Of a DNA stretch of 64,000 bases, positions 45,252-53,980 are shown piece after piece. How positions within the stretch are numbered: position 1 is the first letter of the stretch; each line of letters opens with the position of its first letter. Made by a program: the position numbers and the translations under genes. The DNA comes from an uncultured Gammaproteobacteria bacterium. GTDB taxonomy: Bacteria > Patescibacteriota > Patescibacteriia > 2-01-FULL-39-33. Where the stretch lies: the NCBI GenBank assembly GCA_964573235.1, contig CAZNIV010000001.1, forward strand, positions 3,709 to 67,708, written 5' to 3'. The notes under the pieces were generated by a model, which saw nothing but the letters and a program-made list of their open reading frames with translations, was not told where the DNA came from and did not search any database.

Positions 45252-47369
45252 TTACTTTTTTACTTCCGAGGCTTTACTCTTAATAATTGCATCGTTTACC
45301 TGTTTTATAAACTTATCCGACCAACTCTTTAATTCCGGATCTAAATTAATTGCCTCATTAGCTTCGCTTAAGGCATAATCAAATTGGCCAGTCATAGCCA
45401 TAATCATAGCCAATTGACGATGCGATTCGGCATTCTTAGTATCTAATTTAACCGCCGCTAATGATGTCTCAATAGCTTTATTCATATAAGTAGCTACCCG
45501 ATCTTTTGATCCAATACTATTTAAATACATACCATAATATAAATAAGCATAAGCTACTTCATAATACATTAAAGGGCGACCTGGGCTTAATGATAAAATA
45601 TGCTCTGCTGCCTCTGCGCTTTCTTTAAATCTTTCTGGTTTAAATTGACCATAGGTAGTATTAAAACGCAACCAAACTAAATAATTAGAAACATTATTTG
45701 AATTTTCAGCAATCATCTTATCTAAAGAAATTTCTACGCGATCTGCAGTTTTTGCCACAAAATCCTGACTAATATTACTAGAATTAGCTATTTGATCTAA
45801 TAAATTAGCATACTGACGATAATACTCTTGATTACCTGGAGTATTCTCACTAATAGCATCTTCTAAGTTTTGCATCCTTTGTTCTATGTTCGCACCTTGG
45901 TCACCGAGCGCCTTAATTACCAACTTATTAGCATCTAACGGAATTAAAACCACGGCATATAAAGCCGGCACAAATAATAAAGTAAAACCGACAAGGGTGA
46001 TCATCTTAAATTGTGTCCGACCCAAAACTTCACCCTTACTTTCTGGATTAAACAAACCAATTAAGGCAATCATTAGAAATAAGGGAATGTATGTAACTAG
46101 GGCCTCAAAAATAAACATATTCTGAACACAATACGCCATCATGGCTAAAGTGGCCCAAACCGGAATAAAATAGCGATTACTTAGTTGAGGATTTTTAATA
46201 AAATGACGCCACAAGAAAAATAACGGCACAAATAATAACGCCAAATACGACAATAAACCAAAAATACCACCAGTCAATAAGCGATCCAAAAACATATTAT
46301 GTGAACGATCGAACCACGGTTCTGTCATGGTCGGCGAAAAATACTTATCAAACGGCTGATAAAAATTTTCATACCCCCAACCTAAAATTGGACGCTCTTT
46401 AAATCCCTGCCAAGCCGCCTTCCAAACAATCATACGATTCAAACCAGTTCCCTCGCTAACAGAAATACTAGTAATACGAGTTAATAAGCTACTATTTTTA
46501 ACAAAATCTGAATTTTTGTTTACAAATACCCATACTCCAAAAAAGATACTAGCGCCATAAGTTAAGCCAATAAACCAAAGCCAAAAACGCCTAACTGTTA
46601 AATTATAACTACCAATATAAAACAACACTCTTTGATGTGGCCAAAAGTAATAAACTAAATATAATCCAAAAAGCGCAATCGATAAAGCCAAGCCAATCAT
46701 GCCCCCGCGGGTTAAACTATAAAAAACAATGTAACTAGAAGCTAATATGCTAATAAAATAATAAATTCTAGCCCAAATATTCTGCCTCTTAAACAACAAG
46801 AATAAGGCAAAAAAAGCAACAAAAATCATATAACCAGCCATATAGCCAGCGTTGCCCAGTGAGCCAGAAATACGAGTACTGGCATCAAAATGAAACCAAC
46901 CCCATTTAAATAATTGATCTAGACCAATAAAAAACTGAGCCAAACCTGCCACTAAAAAAATATCCAAAGCCAACAACCAATCTTTCATTTTACGCAAAAA
47001 ACCAGTAGTAATTAATAAGAAGATAAATAAATGAATTAACAATAAAATACCTTCGCTGCGCTCATTATTACTCCAAAAACTATGATAAAAGTAATCTCCT
47101 GCCAAAGAAGCAATGGTAATTAATACCAAATAAAGTGCCATTAATCCGCCAGACAAGTTCAAACGTAAACGATATTCCGGATTATTTAAAGCCAATAGTA
47201 AATAAGCTAACAACATCACTTCTATTGTGGTGTTAAATATGTAAGTTTTAGTAGTGATAAATGGAAAAAACAAATGCCCATCAACAAACAAGGGTACAAA
47301 CATAATAACGCCCAAACCAAGCCATAACAGCGATTTAGCGATAAGGTTTACAGTCGGATTATTCTTCAT
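45252..47369 (-). CDS. Wzy_C (O-antigen ligase/polymerase-like) polytopic membrane protein with C-terminal TPR domain
   Basis: ~12 TM helices; Wzy_C loop motifs (SRISGSLGNAGY, ILGWGYENF, HNMFLDRLLTGGIFG with a conserved His); C-terminal TPR-like helical repeats. Confidence 0.6.
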   Translation of the reverse strand: MKNNPTVNLIAKSLLWLGLGVIMFVPLFVDGHLFFPFITTKTYIFNTTIEVMLLAYLLLALNNPEYRLRLNLSGGLMALYLVLITIASLAGDYFYHSFWSNNERSEGILLLIHLFIFLLITTGFLRKMKDWLLALDIFLVAGLAQFFIGLDQLFKWGWFHFDASTRISGSLGNAGYMAGYMIFVAFFALFLLFKRQNIWARIYYFISILASSYIVFYSLTRGGMIGLALSIALFGLYLVYYFWPHQRVLFYIGSYNLTVRRFWLWFIGLTYGASIFFGVWVFVNKNSDFVKNSSLLTRITSISVSEGTGLNRMIVWKAAWQGFKERPILGWGYENFYQPFDKYFSPTMTEPWFDRSHNMFLDRLLTGGIFGLLSYLALLFVPLFFLWRHFIKNPQLSNRYFIPVWATLAMMAYCVQNMFIFEALVTYIPLFLMIALIGLFNPESKGEVLGRTQFKMITLVGFTLLFVPALYAVVLIPLDANKLVIKALGDQGANIEQRMQNLEDAISENTPGNQEYYRQYANLLDQIANSSNISQDFVAKTADRVEISLDKMIAENSNNVSNYLVWLRFNTTYGQFKPERFKESAEAAEHILSLSPGRPLMYYEVAYAYLYYGMYLNSIGSKDRVATYMNKAIETSLAAVKLDTKNAESHRQLAMIMAMTGQFDYALSEANEAINLDPELKSWSDKFIKQVNDAIIKSKASEVKK

Positions 47370-47454
47370 AATGATATTATTTATTTGCTATATAATTTAA
47401 CATGCTCGCTTCAAAAAAGCAATCAAAAAACAGCTATCAGTTTATTTAATAAAT

Positions 47455-49026
47455 TTAACGCAAAGTAAAGGTTTTTAGACTAACTTCAAAATCAGATAAC
47501 GCTTTAGTATATAATTTTTTATCTGTGCCTACATACTCAAAGCCAATTGTTATCCATCTATCTCCCGATCTTAAGTTATAATTAACTGAATAACCTAAGA
47601 CATTATTTTTATCACCTAAAAAAGTATAGCTTGTTTTCAGCCAATTATTTTTATTTAACTTATACTTCACAACTGAACTCAATTCTTTAATATTTAAACC
47701 AGTCAATCCTGCCATTTTATTAACCTGACCAACCCGCTGACGATAATATGTCTGATAGCCATTATTGTCTAAAGACTTAGTCGCCTCATTAACCGGCGAG
47801 ATATTTACTGTGGCTCTAAAATTAGAAAAACTAGGACTGGCCGCTAAAATCAAAATTGGGCTAGTTTTATCTTTTCGCCCTAAAATAGACCAATTCTTAC
47901 CAACTTTAAGATAAAAATTAGGGTTAATATTACTATACTGATTTACATAACTAATTGGCCGATTATCGTTACTAAAATTAATATCCTCTAACATTCCATT
48001 AATTGCAATAAGATCTTTATCTTCATAGCCATAATTATAAGCTAGGGCCACTAAATATTCTTGACGAGCAAAAAATCTAATTTTATTTTCTACCCCTGCT
48101 AAATAAAAAGCTACCTCTAAACCCTCTTGGCCACTGGCAGTAATAATTTTTTCTGTTTTAATAATTTCTACCTGACCCAAATTTGGTCCACTTTTAATAT
48201 AAGGAATGGCATCGGATAAAGTTGCCGTTCGCGCCATACGAATAAGCGAAACAGTTAAATTACCACCGCCGGCATTATTTTTTTTATCAATTAATACGCC
48301 ATTTTCACCTAAAATCTGAAACCGCCAAACATCCGACTTAGTTAATTCAAAATAAGGATAAAAACTAATGAAAGTGTTTGTACCCTGCAAAATCTTAGCT
48401 TTTTTAACTAATAATTCCACATTTCCCTGAAAAGACACCTTAATAGCTGGGTTATCTATACTATTAACCACCCATTCATTAATAACCGCTTTTTCATTTT
48501 TCCCCCAATTAGCCGTACTATTAATATTATCAATTGCCTTAGTAATTGGCATAAAATCATAAACTGAATCTGAACTAACATCAGTCACGTTATTAATTTT
48601 AAGTAGGGCCAATCCCATACCCTTATTAAAGGCGATCAAAGATCCGGTATAAGAACAATCTACATCTTTATTTGCCTCTTTCTGTAAGCAAATATGATAA
48701 CCAGTTTCCTCTCTAGATCCATCAAAAGCACTTTCTACTACCGCTGTATCATAATTAACCAAAACTACCCCCTTGGAATTAACAGTATAACCAGCTCCCT
48801 CTTTAATCTTTTGCACAAAATAATCCGGATCCACCACAAAAGTTTTTACTGTCGCGATAGCCTTGAAATTTTCAGCCAAAACCACGGGCGTGGAAGTAGT
48901 AGCGGCCATAGCTACATTAAAAACAGCTAGACTTAAACCAATAAGGCCTAAAAAGCTCAAAAAAATAGTAGTTTTTCTATTCATATTTGATAATAAAAAC
49001 TGTTTAATAAGCCAATTATAACACAA
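47455..49026 (-). CDS. Hypothetical secreted/membrane-anchored protein
   Basis: N-terminal signal/TM segment (the likely start is the internal MNRKTTIFLSF); no family recognised. Confidence 0.5.
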   Translation of the reverse strand: MCYNWLIKQFLLSNMNRKTTIFLSFLGLIGLSLAVFNVAMAATTSTPVVLAENFKAIATVKTFVVDPDYFVQKIKEGAGYTVNSKGVVLVNYDTAVVESAFDGSREETGYHICLQKEANKDVDCSYTGSLIAFNKGMGLALLKINNVTDVSSDSVYDFMPITKAIDNINSTANWGKNEKAVINEWVVNSIDNPAIKVSFQGNVELLVKKAKILQGTNTFISFYPYFELTKSDVWRFQILGENGVLIDKKNNAGGGNLTVSLIRMARTATLSDAIPYIKSGPNLGQVEIIKTEKIITASGQEGLEVAFYLAGVENKIRFFARQEYLVALAYNYGYEDKDLIAINGMLEDINFSNDNRPISYVNQYSNINPNFYLKVGKNWSILGRKDKTSPILILAASPSFSNFRATVNISPVNEATKSLDNNGYQTYYRQRVGQVNKMAGLTGLNIKELSSVVKYKLNKNNWLKTSYTFLGDKNNVLGYSVNYNLRSGDRWITIGFEYVGTDKKLYTKALSDFEVSLKTFTLR

Positions 49027-49029
49027 GCT

Positions 49030-49069
49030 GAGGTAAATAAAAAGTAGCCACTTAATTAAAATGGCTACT
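49030..49069 (-). terminator. Intrinsic terminator downstream of the Cys-rich giant protein gene
   Basis: 8-bp stem AGTAGCCA/TGGCTACT with an 11-nt loop; on the minus strand it is followed by TTTTTATTTA. Confidence 0.65.
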
Positions 49070-49097
49070 TTATCTAAATGATTTTAACTATACAAGA

Positions 49098-52000
49098 TTA
49101 AAGTGATGGCGTTATTTTTAATTTTGTGGTTCTAGCTTCTAGGGTTGGCTTTAGTTGCACATAAAAATTATAATAGTTAGAAGTATAAACCTTATCATCT
49201 ATAGATATCTGGAATATACCATTGCAAGTCGTGGCACTACCATCGACAAAAACAAATTGATTTGAATCAATGGGCATTGAGAAGTTTTTAGAAAAAAATG
49301 GCTGCTGATCTTGTTTAATGGTTGGATTAGAATAACAAGTGAACTTATTATTATAATATGGCGCTAATTTGTCAAAAAATCTCTTTAATGTGAAATCAAC
49401 CGTATAAGATCCACTACCAATATCTGTGGCCGTCATTGAATCTACATCTAACATGTGACTTAATTCTAATGGAGCTGGGATAGTTTCACTCTCAATGTTT
49501 CCGTCAGTAGTAACTTTTTTAACGCTAACCTGGCAATTATCAGCAAGTAAATCAGACAATTTAACTCCATCAATGGTTATAACCTTAAACTGATAACCTT
49601 TTTTACCTCCAAGATCAACCCATTCTCCAAAATCATCTGGTCTATCGAGATTCATCTCTACGGGTAAATCATCCACAAAAAATGTCTGAGCAGAAACAGT
49701 TCTATCTTCTTCTTGGCTACCACATTTATAATGCGCCACTAAAGCATCTCCATTTTTAACATCACCTTTAACAAAAGCATAAATATCGAAAGGATTAGCT
49801 TCGTTACCAATCTTATTTGAGCTTATAGTACGGATACCATCACCTATTTTTAATTCCAAAGTGGCGGAGGAAATATGTATATAAAGGTTAGCAATAAAAT
49901 AGCTCTGGCAACCGTCTTGACGATAAGTAAATTGAAGTGTCTGATTTGCTTTTAGGTATATTCTCTTGTAAGGAATATTATAACCTAGATCAGTTGGAGG
50001 ATCAAACATATCTCCGCTGGTTAATTCTTTACCATCAACCAAATAAGAAAGACCTGAAATTGGGCGTGTATAAGGAAAATCTACGGCAATTTTTAAAGTG
50101 GTTTTATTAACAAAAGATTGAATGTCAAGCGTACTACTACAATAATAACTCCCGTTAGGAACTACTAACTTTTGAGTGTACTGCTCTTTATCTACAATAA
50201 AATCTTCTGTTACTAGCCTCTCACAGATACCATTATTATTCTTAAAATCTTTTGGACATATTACTGATTTACCGATAGTCACCCCTGTCGACTTGTCATT
50301 GAAACTTGTCAGATCAATACAAGTACCCTTTTTGGTAGCATCGTAAGTTGGTCCACCTGGTGAAAAAGATATAGTATAATCTTCTGGGAAATTAGAAGTT
50401 AATATAATCGAAGATAAGCCATAAAAACCAGTTGGAAATGATACGGTACTAGTGCCTTGTTTGTAATAATCAGTATAATATCCACTTTCATTTTTACAAC
50501 CGTAAGCATTATAGCCTTCGACTAGAGCCGTTTTATCGTAAGCCGTATAGGTAGTGCCGCTATTAGTTTGATCAGGGAATTTTGGAGTTCCAACACCCAA
50601 AGCATTGACAATACTACCAGAGAAAGAGTACCTCACCCCTCTAATTAAACCCTTTATAACCATCGGTTCACTACTAGTCGCTGAAAAATATATATCCTTT
50701 AAGCCATAGACTGGGTCATGAACATAAATAGTCTTTTTAGTCTTTGGATCGGTAGAAGTACTAACCCTATAAACAGAAACTAAATAACCAGTGATTGGCA
50801 AATTACCCGTATCAACACCTTGGGTATCAATAAAAATCTCTGCCCCACCCATAATATTGGTGACACTCTTTGGGGCGCTAGAAACAGAAGTTGTAATTGG
50901 AGTAATAGCCACTGATTTAGCGGAAGCTAGACTAGTACCGTAACCATTATTAACAGTCGCTGTGAAAGTATAAGCGACGCCCGGAAGAAAACCCGTAGGA
51001 AAAGTAACTGGGCTATAAGCACTGATGGCAATTAGTCTACCTTTATCGCTCTGGTCAATTGGAGTGGTTGGCTCGGCTATAACTGTATATTTAATTGGTG
51101 AAGCGCCACTCTTATTTTCGGGCATAAGAATATCAACCTGAACACCAGATGATGTGGCGAGAAAATAATTAGCAAAGGTTTTATAGCCATTTGCATAAGC
51201 GTGGGGTAAAACGGAACTTGGCGTAGCTGGTCCAACCGGGGGAATAACCTGAATTGATGAGGATTTAATACTGGTGCTTTGACCATTATAATTAGCCAAA
51301 GATACATTAAAGGTATAGTAAGCGCCTGGTTCGAATTTACTAGAAACAATAATGGGCGAGCCAACTTTAGAAGAGCCGCCACCAACAAGAGAAGAATTAG
51401 CAACACAGTCTGGACAATTCTTATAAGTACCCACCGACTGATACGCAACATAAGTGTTTGTCGTCTGGGTTTTGGCATTACGACAAACATCCACAGTAGA
51501 ATTGGTAGTACAACCAAGAATACTTCCTTTGTCTATAGGTTCAGTAAAGGTTAGTTTGATTTGGGGATTAGCAGTTTTATTTGGATATAGGTCACCACAA
51601 GTCCAAACATATGAAGGAGGTGTAATTCCAAGAGTAGCTTTTTCGCATTGAGTTGGATTTCTAACGGGCAATGAAACTGAAGCTAACAAATTAGTTGGGG
51701 GGTTGGGAGCAATCTTGGTATAGCACTTACCATCACCACCCGAAACACCAGGAGCACTACAAGCTGATGCTCCACAAGTTGGCGGATTATTCATACCATT
51801 AACACAAACACACGATGTACCCGATAATTTAGTACCAGAGGGACAAGTAGTTACGGAAGGAGGGGTACAAGTTGGCGGATTAGTGCCACCATTAGCGCAA
51901 ACGCAAGTATTATTGCTAGATAAAATAGTTTTTCCACTACAAACTGGCGTGGTTGACAAAGTACAAGTTGGTGGATTAGTCTTGCCATTAGCGCAAACAC

Positions 52001-52727
52001 AATTGGATCCTGAACGAATCGTACCAGAAGGACAAGTAGCTACTGGAGGGGTACAGGTTGGTGGATTAGTACCACCATTAGCGCAAACGCAAGTATTATT
52101 ACTAGACAGGATAGTTACACCACCACAAACTGGCGTAGTTGGCAAAGTGCAAGTTGGTGGATTGGTTTTACCATTAGCGCAAACACAGGCATTACCTGAC
52201 AAATAAGTTCCCGCAGCGCAAGCCATAGGGGGAGTACATGTAGGGTAATTCTTTCCACCATTAGAACAAACGCAACTATTAGATGCAGTAGAAAAGAAGC
52301 CAACAGAAGCACAAGGCGCTACTGGCAAGGTACAGGTTGGTGGGTTAGTTTTACCATTAGAACAAACGCAAAAACCATTAGATAAAAAAGTGCCGACAGC
52401 ACAAGTTTTTGGAGTGGAGCAAATCGGATAATCGTTAGCACTATTAATACAAACACATTGATTGTTAACAATTTTAGCATTGGCTGGGCAAATAATACCA
52501 TTACCTACCGACGGAACAATGCTACACGTTGGGTAATTAGTCGCTCCGTTTGAACAAGCACATGTACCATTAACCACTTTAGCTGTCGCTGGACAAACGA
52601 CCTGAGTTGAAACCGAACTAATAGCCGCAAAGGCCAATCCCCCAGTCACTGCCAAGGCTAGGGTTAAAACAATCGCTTTTGTACTAATTTTTGTTAAAAT
52701 CCCAACTGACATTTGCGTTTTTGTCAT
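49098..52727 (-). CDS. Giant (1209 aa) secreted/surface protein with ~12 tandem Cys-rich ~33-aa modules followed by a beta-rich region
   Basis: Signal/TM segment at the N-terminus; repeated C-x(7-9)-CxCxNGxTN(P/Y)PTC(T/S) modules at aa ~45-330; a strong intrinsic terminator follows downstream. Confidence 0.7.
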   Translation of the reverse strand: MTKTQMSVGILTKISTKAIVLTLALAVTGGLAFAAISSVSTQVVCPATAKVVNGTCACSNGATNYPTCSIVPSVGNGIICPANAKIVNNQCVCINSANDYPICSTPKTCAVGTFLSNGFCVCSNGKTNPPTCTLPVAPCASVGFFSTASNSCVCSNGGKNYPTCTPPMACAAGTYLSGNACVCANGKTNPPTCTLPTTPVCGGVTILSSNNTCVCANGGTNPPTCTPPVATCPSGTIRSGSNCVCANGKTNPPTCTLSTTPVCSGKTILSSNNTCVCANGGTNPPTCTPPSVTTCPSGTKLSGTSCVCVNGMNNPPTCGASACSAPGVSGGDGKCYTKIAPNPPTNLLASVSLPVRNPTQCEKATLGITPPSYVWTCGDLYPNKTANPQIKLTFTEPIDKGSILGCTTNSTVDVCRNAKTQTTNTYVAYQSVGTYKNCPDCVANSSLVGGGSSKVGSPIIVSSKFEPGAYYTFNVSLANYNGQSTSIKSSSIQVIPPVGPATPSSVLPHAYANGYKTFANYFLATSSGVQVDILMPENKSGASPIKYTVIAEPTTPIDQSDKGRLIAISAYSPVTFPTGFLPGVAYTFTATVNNGYGTSLASAKSVAITPITTSVSSAPKSVTNIMGGAEIFIDTQGVDTGNLPITGYLVSVYRVSTSTDPKTKKTIYVHDPVYGLKDIYFSATSSEPMVIKGLIRGVRYSFSGSIVNALGVGTPKFPDQTNSGTTYTAYDKTALVEGYNAYGCKNESGYYTDYYKQGTSTVSFPTGFYGLSSIILTSNFPEDYTISFSPGGPTYDATKKGTCIDLTSFNDKSTGVTIGKSVICPKDFKNNNGICERLVTEDFIVDKEQYTQKLVVPNGSYYCSSTLDIQSFVNKTTLKIAVDFPYTRPISGLSYLVDGKELTSGDMFDPPTDLGYNIPYKRIYLKANQTLQFTYRQDGCQSYFIANLYIHISSATLELKIGDGIRTISSNKIGNEANPFDIYAFVKGDVKNGDALVAHYKCGSQEEDRTVSAQTFFVDDLPVEMNLDRPDDFGEWVDLGGKKGYQFKVITIDGVKLSDLLADNCQVSVKKVTTDGNIESETIPAPLELSHMLDVDSMTATDIGSGSYTVDFTLKRFFDKLAPYYNNKFTCYSNPTIKQDQQPFFSKNFSMPIDSNQFVFVDGSATTCNGIFQISIDDKVYTSNYYNFYVQLKPTLEARTTKLKITPSL
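51740..52600 (-). repeat. Tandem coding DNA repeats (~99 nt unit in a ~190-200-nt higher-order repeat, ~85-90% identical) inside the Cys-rich giant protein gene
   Basis: For example 51841..52000 versus 52031..52190: ggacaagtag...gttggtggattagt...ccattagcgcaaac... recurs. This also produces the repetitive antisense ORF at 51883..52206. Confidence 0.8.
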
Positions 52728-52766
52728 ATTAATTATATTCGAAGATTAAACTAAATAATTTATAAA

Positions 52767-53867
52767 TTAAACCCATTCCTTAATCACCTTCTCAACATCA
52801 CCAGAATCTACGGTTACCACTCCAGTACTACTTAAATCTTTTTCTATTCTCTCACGGATTTCTATTAGCTTTATTTTTTCTTTTTCTGACTTACATGCCA
52901 ATATTTCCTGATCTTTTTGTTGAATTTTTTTCCACAAATCTTTAACCTCCAAATGGGCTGAGGCTGCCACCTGATAAAGAACACTAGGAAGTGCTGGGTG
53001 TAAATGCGCCACCTTAACCATAGCTGCCGCCTCGTCTAAAGCATCCAAAGCCTTATCTGGTAGCTTTCTATTCTTAATCATTTTTTCGGTTAATTTAACG
53101 GCCATTTCTAGAGCCGAATCGGTAAACTCAACCTTATGATATTCTCTATATTTATTCTTAACCCCCTTAAGAATTGTCATGGTTTCTTTGATTGTTGGCT
53201 CTCTTACTTCAATTAATTGAAAACGGCGCTCTAACCCAAGATCGGTTTTAAAATATTTTTCATATTCTTCAAAGGTAGTAGCACCAATCATTTGTAAGTC
53301 ACCACGCGCTAAGGCCGGCTTTAAAATATCAGATAAATTAATCGATCCCTCTGATCCCTGTGATTGAATTAAAGAATGTACCTCATCCACAAATAAAATA
53401 ATTGATCGATTAGAGTTGACTATCTCTTGAACAATCTTTTTAGCTCTCTGTTCAAATTCACCACGATACTTAGTGCCCGACATTAAAGTAGCCACATCTA
53501 AGGCCAAGACTCGCTTACCCAATAATGCCTCAGGCACATCGCCACGAGCAATACGCTGAGCAAAGCCTTCCACGATAGCGGTTTTACCCACACCAGGGGC
53601 ACCAATTAAAATAGCGTTATTTTTTTCTCGGCGCGATAAAATCTGAGTCAATTTACGAACTTCTTCTTCTCGTCCGATAACCGGATCTATTCGGCCTTTT
53701 TCAGCAAGGTCTGTAAAATTACTAGAATACTGATCAAGAAATGGCGAGCGAGAACCATGGTAATTAGCAGGCATTGCCATAATGCCACCACTATTGCGTT
53801 TTACTAAAAAATATATTACCGCCGCCGCCACTACAATTAAAGCGAATAGATACTGTGAAGTAAACAT
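52767..53867 (-). CDS. Membrane-anchored AAA+ ATPase consisting of a ClpA/ClpB first nucleotide-binding domain (D1) only
   Basis: N-terminal TM helix; ILIGAPGVGKTAIVE Walker A; Walker B FVDEVH; alignment to ClpB D1 plus the start of the coiled coil, then the protein ends. No D2 is present. Confidence 0.7.
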   Translation of the reverse strand: MFTSQYLFALIVVAAAVIYFLVKRNSGGIMAMPANYHGSRSPFLDQYSSNFTDLAEKGRIDPVIGREEEVRKLTQILSRREKNNAILIGAPGVGKTAIVEGFAQRIARGDVPEALLGKRVLALDVATLMSGTKYRGEFEQRAKKIVQEIVNSNRSIILFVDEVHSLIQSQGSEGSINLSDILKPALARGDLQMIGATTFEEYEKYFKTDLGLERRFQLIEVREPTIKETMTILKGVKNKYREYHKVEFTDSALEMAVKLTEKMIKNRKLPDKALDALDEAAAMVKVAHLHPALPSVLYQVAASAHLEVKDLWKKIQQKDQEILACKSEKEKIKLIEIRERIEKDLSSTGVVTVDSGDVEKVIKEWV

Positions 53868-53927
53868 AAAAAATAAATTTAAATTTAACCTTATTATACT
53901 ATTTTTGATTAATTATGACAAATTTAA

Positions 53928-53964
53928 TAAGGCTCTTACTATTTAGTTAGAGCCTTATTTTTAT
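53928..53964. terminator. Stable hairpin between the 1213-aa gene and the AAA+ gene (possible attenuator/terminator)
   Basis: 9-bp perfect stem TAAGGCTCT/AGAGCCTTA with a 12-nt loop. A T5 run follows on the + strand; the minus-strand side is only moderately U-rich. Confidence 0.4.
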
Positions 53965-53980
53965 CAAAACTTAAAGTTAT

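Noticed and set aside
51883-52206. Plus-strand 107-aa ORF with a striking internal repeat (VGGLVLPLAQTQ...) that looked like a repeat protein or CRISPR-like array
   Set aside because: It is the antisense reading of the tandem coding repeats of the Cys-rich giant gene. The repeat units are 99-198 nt with no unique spacers, so this is not a CRISPR array and not an independent gene.
49098-52727. Cys-rich repeat gene as a diversity-generating retroelement (DGR) target
   Set aside because: No reverse transcriptase, template repeat or accessory gene is visible in the window. The repeats are whole-module tandem duplications rather than an adenine-specific variable region.
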